Virus record (IMG/VR): IMGVR_UViG_3300019877_000084
Location: 1-54,236 of that record
Reading direction: 5' to 3' (one strand)
DNA from: a virus
Lineage: Duplodnaviria; Caudoviricetes
Length of the DNA: 54,236 bases
The notes under the pieces are model-generated. The model was not told where the DNA came from, did no database searches, and saw only the letters and a list, made by a program, of their open reading frames with translations. The translations under genes and the position numbers were made by a program. This document shows, in pieces, positions 1-9,100 of this stretch. Position 1 is the first letter of the stretch, and every line of letters starts with the position of its first letter.

Positions 1-2
1 CT

Positions 3-209
3 TTGAATATTACCTCAAGCGAACAGGTGATACTGTCATTCTCAGAGGACGGAAAATCATGGACCACATTTAAAATGTCGGGAAAAATATTACACAAGAT
101 ATTAGTCGATGCCCAGGAATACCGGGAAAACATTAATGATCCCGACCTGAAATTCACAAAATTGAATGGTCACAGCTTTTTAGTGGGTCCGGAGGAACCA
201 GGGGAATGA
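3..209 (+). CDS. hypothetical protein (possibly 5'-truncated)
   Basis: ORF at window edge; stop overlaps next start (ATGA at 206-209). Confidence 0.55.
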   Translation: MNITSSEQVILSFSEDGKSWTTFKMSGKILHKILVDAQEYRENINDPDLKFTKLNGHSFLVGPEEPGE

Positions 210-871
210 AAGGGGTTTGGAAAAATTTCCGTGCTACCAAAGAGGTTTATGATGACCTTGTTCAATATCCATTTGATGGCGTTATTCTTTTACGAAAATA
301 TTGGATTCGAGTCCGAGAGGATTGGAAAGATATTCCTGGATTTGATGGCTATCAAGCTAGTACAATTGGAAGGATACGGGGAGTTGATAGAGTAGTGCCT
401 CACATAAAAAACGGACCATCAAGAATTAAAAAAAGAATCCTTAAACAACACTTAACTGGTAAAAAAAGAAATTATCTGTGTGTCGGATTAAGTCCTCTAA
501 GCTCAGGGAAAGGACTATTTTTAGTTCATAGATTAGTTGCTTTCACTTTTCTTCCAAATTCTGAAAACAAGCCATTTATAAATCACAAAACCGGAATAAC
601 AGTTGATAATCCACCATTAAATATTGAGTGGTGTACTAATCAGGAAAATATTCGTCATTCATTTGATTCACTCGGCAGGATACATCACATGTCAAAGGTC
701 ATTTATCAATTCAGTAGTATGGGTAAATACATTGCAAAATTTCAAAGCACAAGGGAGGCAGCTAAAAGAATAGGAAAGGACACAGGGTATAGTTCAATTT
801 CATCCTGCGCCAGGGGTGAACGATCAATAGCTTATGGTTACAAATGGTCTTACAAACAACCGAAAATATGA
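206..871 (+). CDS. NUMOD4-HNH homing endonuclease with C-terminal NUMOD1/IENR1-like domain
   Basis: EDWKDIPGFDGYQASTIGRIR (NUMOD4); VHRLVAFTF...INHK...DN...NIEWCT..EN (HNH_3); IYQFS..GKYIAKFQSTREAA...ISSCARG...GYKW (NUMOD1). Confidence 0.9.
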   Translation: MKGVWKNFRATKEVYDDLVQYPFDGVILLRKYWIRVREDWKDIPGFDGYQASTIGRIRGVDRVVPHIKNGPSRIKKRILKQHLTGKKRNYLCVGLSPLSSGKGLFLVHRLVAFTFLPNSENKPFINHKTGITVDNPPLNIEWCTNQENIRHSFDSLGRIHHMSKVIYQFSSMGKYIAKFQSTREAAKRIGKDTGYSSISSCARGERSIAYGYKWSYKQPKI

Positions 872-1605
872 TGATTTATTTGGATATAGAAACATGTTCC
901 GGATTCAAGGACTACTATTTAGCGGACAAACGTACACAAGACCTTTGGTATTTGAAATTCCGTCACTTGGTCTTAGAGGCTCTGGCGAAAAACCCTATAA
1001 TAAACGAGTCTGAGTTTGTGAATGTGATGTACAAAGATAAAGCGGCATTGTATTCTGAATTCAATAAAATTGTTTGCGTGTCATTAGGTATGGTGGTCCA
1101 GGATAAGGAGACAAAGACTGACAAGCTGCACATTAAATCCTCATCTAGCGATAATGAAATTGATATTCTCCGGGATATAGCCACAGCCATAAAGAGTGCG
1201 GATACCTTGGTGGGACATAATGGAAAGGCTTTTGACTTTCCCATGCTATCGCGTAAATATCTTATACACGGCCTCCAATTGCCTGTATTACTTCAAAACT
1301 CGGGACGTAAGCCGTGGGAGGTGCCCCTGATCGATACCCAAGAAATGTGGAAGTTCGGAGATCTGCGATATACCGTATCTTTAGATCAACTCGCGATGGT
1401 GTTCAATCTCCCTTCCCCTAAGGCGAACATGCACGGCTCCCAGGTGTCAGAATATTATTACGCTGGGCGCCTGAAGGAAATAGTCCAGTATTGTGAGTTA
1501 GATGTAGCAACTTTGATAAACGTCCACCGTAAGATGATTGGTCAGCCAATTGTCACAGAGTTACACGGTGGAGAGCCAGAGAAACAGGAGGAACTATTCA
1601 AATAA
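868..1605 (+). CDS. PolB-like DEDD 3'-5' exonuclease (stand-alone)
   Basis: ExoI YLDIET, ExoII GHNGKAFDFPML, ExoIII YCELDV; start moved to ATG 868, which overlaps the upstream stop. Confidence 0.85.
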   Translation: MMIYLDIETCSGFKDYYLADKRTQDLWYLKFRHLVLEALAKNPIINESEFVNVMYKDKAALYSEFNKIVCVSLGMVVQDKETKTDKLHIKSSSSDNEIDILRDIATAIKSADTLVGHNGKAFDFPMLSRKYLIHGLQLPVLLQNSGRKPWEVPLIDTQEMWKFGDLRYTVSLDQLAMVFNLPSPKANMHGSQVSEYYYAGRLKEIVQYCELDVATLINVHRKMIGQPIVTELHGGEPEKQEELFK

Positions 1606-1626
1606 TCAAAATTATTTGGTAGGCAA

Positions 1627-1887
1627 ATGGAGATCACCAGAAAACAATATTTGGAGGCAAAGAAGATGGTAGAAGAGTACCAAATTAGACAATATCAAAG
1701 AGCCCTAAAAGAATTAAAGCCAGTCAGACTTTCAAAATATGGAAGGGAAATGCAGACGCCTCATAACAAAACAGGTGTAGTTATTCATAGGCGTCTTGCT
1801 GGAATGACGGACTATACAGTAGAAGTTCTATGGGAAGATGGCAAAAGAGAAGAGATGGACGAAAGTCAAACTGAAATCATAAAATGA
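1627..1887 (+). CDS. hypothetical protein (possible SH3-like C-terminus)
   Basis: co-oriented ORF; GVVI...VEVLWEDG pattern; ATGA coupling to next gene. Confidence 0.65.
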   Translation: MEITRKQYLEAKKMVEEYQIRQYQRALKELKPVRLSKYGREMQTPHNKTGVVIHRRLAGMTDYTVEVLWEDGKREEMDESQTEIIK

Positions 1888-2075
1888 AACGCTTCGAACG
1901 CAGCATTAAAGTGTTGCAAGCTGAAATGCACCGGATAACCGGGAAGGAAGTGTTTAATTACGTTGAGAACAATAGAAAAATGGATCTCAACTATACAACC
2001 AAGGGTATAATGGTGCAAAGTCTCGCTAAAGCTATCAAAATTTTGGATGAACATCCAGACAATAAGTACGTATGA
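1884..2075 (+). CDS. hypothetical protein
   Basis: ATGA overlaps on both sides. Confidence 0.6.
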   Translation: MKRFERSIKVLQAEMHRITGKEVFNYVENNRKMDLNYTTKGIMVQSLAKAIKILDEHPDNKYV

Positions 2076-2227
2076 CCCGCTTCCTCTTTTACCGTATTGC
2101 CTTGTCTTACCTGGTTGTGCCCTGGTGGGTGATGTTTATAATCGTTTGCCTGTTAGGCTTAGGCGTGGCCTTAGCTGTTTTTTGTCTTATAACTTACTTC
2201 ATATCTCAAACCTTTAGTTATGCCTGA
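2072..2227 (+). CDS. small hydrophobic membrane protein (51 aa, not in ORF track)
   Basis: manual translation MTRFLFYRIALSYLVVPWWVMFIIVCLLGLGVALAVFCLITYFISQTFSYA; ATGA overlap upstream; fills the gap to groES. Confidence 0.55.
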   Translation: MTRFLFYRIALSYLVVPWWVMFIIVCLLGLGVALAVFCLITYFISQTFSYA

Positions 2228-2654
2228 AATAAATTTTAATTGTCCTTTACAGCCAGTTGGTGATAGGATTATTGTTCAACAAGATGCGGCTGAAGAAGTT
2301 ACCAAGGGGGGGTTGATTATACCCGACACAGCCCAGGAAAAACCACAATTTGCGACTATTATCCGTGTTGGTGCCGGCAGGGGTATTGACAACGACATCC
2401 TTAAAATGCTTACCTCTTTGATTAAGGGTTTACGTTGGATAATTTCAAAACTTGGCCTCGATACTGATGTCATTCGTCAATGGTGCGATGAACACTTGCC
2501 TTTGAATGAAAAATCGGTGATAATTTATAAGCCAGGGATGCGAGTCTTGATTGGACGTTATGCTGGAACCGAGATCGAGTACAAAGAAGTCAAGTACCTT
2601 ATGATTAGAATGTCTGACATTGCCGCTATTGTAGAAGAAGATGGGATACAGTGA
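2220..2654 (+). CDS. groES: GroES co-chaperonin with ~40-aa insertion
   Basis: LQPVGDRIIVQ, EEVTKGGLIIPDTAQEKPQ mobile loop, GRYAGTEIEY...YLMIRMSDIAAIV. Confidence 0.9.
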   Translation: MPEINFNCPLQPVGDRIIVQQDAAEEVTKGGLIIPDTAQEKPQFATIIRVGAGRGIDNDILKMLTSLIKGLRWIISKLGLDTDVIRQWCDEHLPLNEKSVIIYKPGMRVLIGRYAGTEIEYKEVKYLMIRMSDIAAIVEEDGIQ

Positions 2655-3153
2655 TCCAGCAAAACAGCGGGAGTATCAGCGCAAATGGATGGCAAATAAA
2701 TTGGCTACCAAAAAACAAGACCCGGAAGCTCATAAACGTCATCTTGCGACAAGAAAAGCTTGGAGGGAACTGAACAAGGAACGCTTAAAACAAAAAGAAA
2801 TAGAATACAAGGCAAGTCCCTCATACAAAGAAAAGAAGCGTAAATGGGCTCAGACCTACAGAGACCGGAATCGTGAAAAACTTGTTGACAGCAACAGAGA
2901 ATATCGACAACGCCTTAAATCACTTGATCCCGTGATCCCAGTATCAAATAAAGCCGCTATCGATAAAGTGGTTTTTAGAAAAAGGGATGAAGAAAAAAAG
3001 CATGCCGAGCGCCATAAGAAAAGACAATCCAAAAGAGATAAAATGCTTAATTGCTCTCATCAATCAGGATTCACATTTGAGCCCCATCTATTAGGCGGAG
3101 TGGTCCGAAAATGCAAAATTTGTGGAAAAAAATTCAGACAAATAGGGAGATGA
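2641..3153 (+). CDS. basic helical protein with C-terminal Zn-binding motif
   Basis: K/R-rich REYQRKW-type repeats; CSH...CKICG. Confidence 0.65.
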   Translation: MGYSDPAKQREYQRKWMANKLATKKQDPEAHKRHLATRKAWRELNKERLKQKEIEYKASPSYKEKKRKWAQTYRDRNREKLVDSNREYRQRLKSLDPVIPVSNKAAIDKVVFRKRDEEKKHAERHKKRQSKRDKMLNCSHQSGFTFEPHLLGGVVRKCKICGKKFRQIGR

Positions 3154-3180
3154 TACGTCAACTTAACTGGAGGCAACCCT

Positions 3181-6100
3181 TCAATTCAGCACATTACTAA
3201 AACTTTCCTGCTGAACCCTCAATATTTCCTTGCGCTTTCGGTTCCAGTCATCTGGCTTTATGTTGCCTTCACGGGTTAATCTGTCCCCAAGTTCTTTCCA
3301 GAAATTAAACTGCTCCTGACTTAGGCGCCGCCTACTGAGTTCGGTATATAGTTTGTAGAATGCAACCTTGGTACGCCATTCCTGTGTGGATAAATCAGTT
3401 ACAAACCTCCGGACCACTGGCATTTTGTTGTAGTCTATTTGTTGCTTGTCAATGACATTGTACATCTGGTCACCAAGTTTATACCAAGACTTCAATCCGC
3501 CTAAGGTATAATCCATTCCATATTCCATTGTTGCTGGACTGATCTCCAGTACATCGTCATTGCCTTGGAATGTTTCGCTTAGTATCCCCGATAGTTTAAT
3601 GAAGGGTTTGTCCGTGGACTTGAAATAGAGTTCAGAGTCTTTTTGATACAAGTGTTTCTTCTCCGGATAAATAGGCTGTTGGTTATAGAACTTTTCGTTT
3701 TGAGATAATTCTACGAGTGGCTGCACAATGGATGGGTAAAAATTGTTCTCTGCCATGGGAAATATGCCATTCATGAAATTCTTAAAAACATAACCTATGG
3801 CTTGGCCATAATCTTTGTTATTCCGGTATAGGTCATATAAAGCATCGCCTACGGCTTTAAATGGACGGATGTTGTAGGCAACCGGAACCGTAACTACCTG
3901 GTGTTTGGACCACGGTGCCCACAGAACGAAATTTTTGTTGTGGTCGGATTCCGTGAGTAACTTCTTTAAGTCGTCATCGTCGTCGGCTAAGGCGTCCAGC
4001 AAGAATCTATTGGCAATCTGTCCAATAATTAATCCCACCATCATAGCCCGTACCTTGGGGCTCTTGATTAAGGCCGTCATCATTTGGTTAGCGCCCTGGA
4101 TGCCGGCATTAGCAAATAACCACGCCATGTTCAGAAAAGGACCCCAAGAACCTTTCTTATTGAAGTTTACGGTTACATTCTTTGCAGCTTTTGCAGCTTT
4201 GTGTCGTGATACGCCAGCTTCTCTAAGGTTCACATAAGTACTTAGGCGAATGGCTTGTTCTGTTACTTTATTGATTAGGACCACTCCACGCATGACCTTC
4301 CGTGTGGGATACAGCATTACATTGCCAAGACGTTGTGCTGGATTCAGTGTCTTGAATCTATCAATCTCCTGTTCGACTTCTTTCAGAATTTCTTCGTGAC
4401 CAGCTACATCAAGCCAACTAATCTCTCCTCCTTCTGCTTTCATCTCATCCATGTACTGAGAATACATGGGGTCTGGCTTTCCTTTACCGATGTTCTTTTT
4501 GAAAATTGTAGACATCGCCGTAGGTATCCCGCCTATGACACTGCGACCGATCTTCTTGACTTCAAGTGATTGAAGATTCACAGCTGCGTCCTGGATATCA
4601 CGGACTAAATTGGGGAGAGGAAAATCAAGGTTTAATCCGATGTATGTAGCGCGTTGATAGTTTTGAATAGATCGAATAACCTGCATTGTGCTGATAACCC
4701 ACTTTTTAGTAGGCCGTGGCTTTTTATCCACAAATACCTCTCTCAGATCCGGATCTTTAAGCCAGATGAAATATTGCTTTCCTCCAATCCTTACACCTAC
4801 AGATTCTTTCTCGATGGCTCGTTTTTCTTCAGGCGAAGTAAAATCCTGAACCACGGTTTTGATTTCGCCTACGTCGTTACCTTCTTCTTCCTGTCCCTCT
4901 TGAACTACTTCAGTGACTACTTTTTTAGGCCGAATGATCTTCCACACTTGTTCATTAGGATGTTGCACTACAAGTTTGTGGAACTTCTTCATGACTTCAT
5001 TAGACTCTACTTTTGCTATAGTGGCTTCATAGTTATTGATCAGGTGAACAATTGGATTCACCCGGTCCCAATACTTGTTTTGTTCTGAACCGTGACTGGC
5101 TTTTATTCCGGTGCCAAATATGCCTTTACTCAGTTGGCCCTGCTGTCCTCCTTTTTGATACTGTTGGACTTTTAATGGCACATAATTGGCATAATAATTC
5201 AATAACTGATTATAATCCTTCTGGTTAATGATGCCGGCTTGATGTTGGAAATTCAGGGGCTCAACTACAAGTTTCTCCCGGATCTCAGCGGCAAAAGTTT
5301 TTAAGTCGTCTTCTTTGCCACTTTTCTTTATTTCAACCAAGAATACATTTGCCTCGGTATCCGTCATCCCGGAACCCGCCTGGGTCTCCCCCTTGGTTAG
5401 TTTACGGTTGTATTCATTGCGCTCCAGGCTATGAACTACCTGCATATAAAACCCTAGGTCTAAAAGCGTTAATCCTTTGGCTTGGACGCGACCAGCAAAA
5501 CTATTGGGATCCAATACGTTATTACCCTTAAAAGTCGTTGCCTTGGTTAAAAACTCCATTATAGATCCGTATCCACTTTCTGAAGTAGTCTCCCCAAATA
5601 ACCATTTGCGCATGCTCTTGATCTGATACTCAGCCTTGCCGGTCATCAAATCCATAAGCCCATGTATGTCTTTGGTATCTCCTATTAGGCGCTCGGTCAG
5701 CATATTCCTGCTGGCCTTTAGTTCTTTACTGAATTGTTTTTTAGTCTCCTTGGAGGCAGTTAGTTTGTCGATCTCGTCCTGCGCCTTAGCGATGTAGGAA
5801 TCCACGATTTCGTTTTGGACTTCGTGCATTGTGCGCGTCCAGTCCTGGGTAGTACTGAGAAACGAGCTCATAATTATCTGCCGGAGGCTCTTTACTCCCC
5901 GTGTCCAGGTCTCAGGCGCCAGATTCAGAATTCTATCGGCTTCTACACGCTTATTCCAGTCTTCCCAGGCTTCTGAACTCATTTTGAATCCTTTTAGGCG
6001 GAAACTGGCAGTTTCTGGAAGATGGAGATTTGATATCCGGCCTATCTCGCCTGGTGTCATAAGTTCGCGGGCTGCCATTAAAACCAAGTCATTAAGAGTC

Positions 6101-9100
6101 ATTGTACTCATGTCGACGTTCTGCTTGATCCCCAGCCGCTGTTTTAGGCGTGACCATAGGTCGGTCCAGAATCGACGCCATGCCGATTTATCCGCAATCC
6201 CTGCCCCTTTCTCGCCAATGGCTATAACTACGGCCTCATCGGATTTCTCTGCTTCTGAGAGGCTGGAATAGGCTGGATTGGCGTCTACCTCTTCCTTGTA
6301 CTTAGATCCTTTGATTAGACGTTGTCCAGCGGCATACAGGACCGGATATTTATGCCGGACGATATTCCACCATAAATGGCCGAATTCGTGGATAACCGTG
6401 TCCAACCTAACTGTTTCTGGGTTCAGGTAGATTTTATCTCCGTAGATGAATCCGTTGGGGATACCACCGGTAGGATTTTGGGCGAAGAATTCTGGTAATT
6501 CTCCTTTTGTGAATGGTGGCACTTTTGCCCGTTCTTCGGCATTGAATTCTGACCGTTCTTCGGCTTTTCTTGATTCGAGTTCCTCATGCTGATCTCGGTA
6601 TTCTTCGAATGCTTGACGCCTAAGCTGGATATCAGTGATTGGATTGCGGCCCGTTTCTTTGGCAAGTCGATTAAGAATTTCATCAAATCCTCGTCCAGCA
6701 GAAAGTCCGGCGGTTCGCTGTAACTGATGTTGCAACTCATGTAAAACCTTGCCTTTGAGATATGTTCTACGCTCATTTTCGTTTTTATTATTTGTGAAGT
6801 ACTTATCGATGTTTATAAAAATTGTATTGCTTTCATGTTGGTAAGCGGCATTAGGATGTCCTTTTTCTGGGCCGGAAAAAAATCTAACTTTTGTATCTTT
6901 AGCTTCTGGTACTAAATTAAAGAATTCTGGGTAATCAATAACTTCTGATAATTTAAGATCATTTTCAGTGTTAATTTCCCACTCTTCATTGTCAGGAGAC
7001 TCAGATGTATTTTTCTTAGCCTTTATCAGATGAGTATCCCCAATTTTTATTTTAGCTTTTGACCCATCAAGTTCATATCTCCATTTACCATCTTTATACT
7101 TAAACCAGCCTGTTTTTTGCCAAATTTCAAAAGGTTTAGATCCCTTGCGGTCCATTGCCTCGGCTTGACTCAACTTACTTGCCATCTCAGGCGTGATTTT
7201 ATTGCCCGGACTAGCAAAACTTGCAAACATCCCACTTCCGCGATTCAAAAAATCCTGCCATGCCTGTTGAACTCGCTTACGATCGGTTACGACTTCTGAA
7301 ATACCGGGAAATTTGCTCATTAGGCGCCGTACCAGTGCTTTCAATTGGATCTGACCTATACGCTTAGACGCGGTTTCCACTTGTTTGACCGTGCGGCCAT
7401 CAAAGCGTTGGCCAGCAAATTGTGCCTGTGGATTCTTTCCTTCGACGGATTCCAGTAATTTTTCGACTTCAGGCCGGGCTGAATTATTGAATAGGTATCG
7501 CTGTGTCTTTTTATCCCAAATCCCTCCTAAGGCCACAATACGGTTCTTGATCGAATAGGTATCGCCTGTGACCGCAAATTGGTCTTTGCCCACATTCCTT
7601 AGGCGTGTGGTGATTGGCAGTGTACTATCGGTGTTCTCCGGAAGCCCTTTGTCTACAAAGACTTTCTGAAACGCCTCTTTGGCTTTAAGTCCTTTTGATG
7701 GTCCGATGAACATATCACCTTCCTTGTCAGCCATGTAGGCCGCTACCTCTTTGATTTTACCCAAGATCTCACCCTGCTTCTTGGTGTCAAATAGCCGAAT
7801 CAGATTCAATTCCTCAGGCGAGTAGATCTGTTTAGGCGAAAGGCCGTCGTTGAATATGTCGGCTTGATTCTCCCATACATTCAGGTCGTCCATTCCCGAA
7901 TTCTGAAACTCGCGGTAGCCCACCAAGGCGTTGTTCATGGTCTTATTCAGGCCCTTGGTACGGATGATCGCAGGTATAGCCTTATCTATTCCTTTTTGAA
8001 CCGAGTCTGGTAGGTGTTCGAAGATCTCCGCCAGATTGGTGTCTCCGCCTTCAAACATCATGTGCCGGAACACCCGGGCTAAGTCTTCAACGCCTTCTTT
8101 ATTGATTTCGCCCGTCCTGGGGTTGTGAACGGTTTCAAGCTGCGTTTCCGTGATTGCACCCCTCTTGTACAAAATGTCCAGAATTTTGTCAGTATTGGCA
8201 CGTATGATTTCAGATAAGGTCTCTCCTTCACTTTGGGCTATGGTGTTTGCAAGTTTTGTCCTGTCCTCAGGCGTGAGCTTGTTAACGGTGTGTACCGGTT
8301 CAATTCTGCGCTTGCCCCCGGTTTCAATGTCTGAAGCTGTGTACTGCCCCAATTCAATAGCGCGGGCATCACCGGCCTTGACCATGCGGGTCAGCACCGG
8401 ATTCTTCATTGCCGCTACCTTTACGGGATCTAACCCAAACTTCTCCGCATTTTTGACAAGATACTCTTTATAGCCTGCCGGGTCTTTTTCTTGGTTGTTT
8501 GCCCAATACTGTTGCAGGGCATCGGCCCTAGCATTGCCTTGGATTACTTCTCCACGCGAGTTGACCGTAGGTGCGCCCGAATACGGATTGGGGCTCTCTC
8601 CCACTTTTGTTGGATCCAATTTGGCAGCAATGTCTTGTGCTCCTTTGACCCCGGCCTGACCGAAAGCCTGATCGCGTGATTTTGGCTGACTTTCAGGTAA
8701 AAAGTGTAATGGATTTTTGATGCCCTTTTTGTGGCTAGGCTGGATTTTGTCAGCCTCGATAACCGCATATTCACCTTCTTCATTGACTTTGTTTGCAAAT
8801 TCAAGTTTTACAGGACCTCCTTTTACTACTTGGTCGCCTTCAAGTGGAGCTTGACGTTCGTATGTTACTCCGTCTTTGATGAGCTTACCTTCTTTACGGG
8901 CTTTCTCAGGGGTTTGATCTTCCTTAGGCGCTGGTGTTTCAATGTAGTCTTTGATCTTAGCTAATTCCTCTGGAGACATAGAATCCAAATGCTCTTTGCC
9001 GGTGAGCTCTTTGGACTTGTCCATGAATTCCTTGGATTCGTAATCAATGCCCGCTTTTTTGGCAGCGGTATGAATATCCTTGGGGGTGATAGGAGTTGGT

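Noticed and set aside
206-871. HNH gene as a sign of a group I intron
   Set aside because: Flanking ORFs are translationally coupled and look intact, so it appears free-standing
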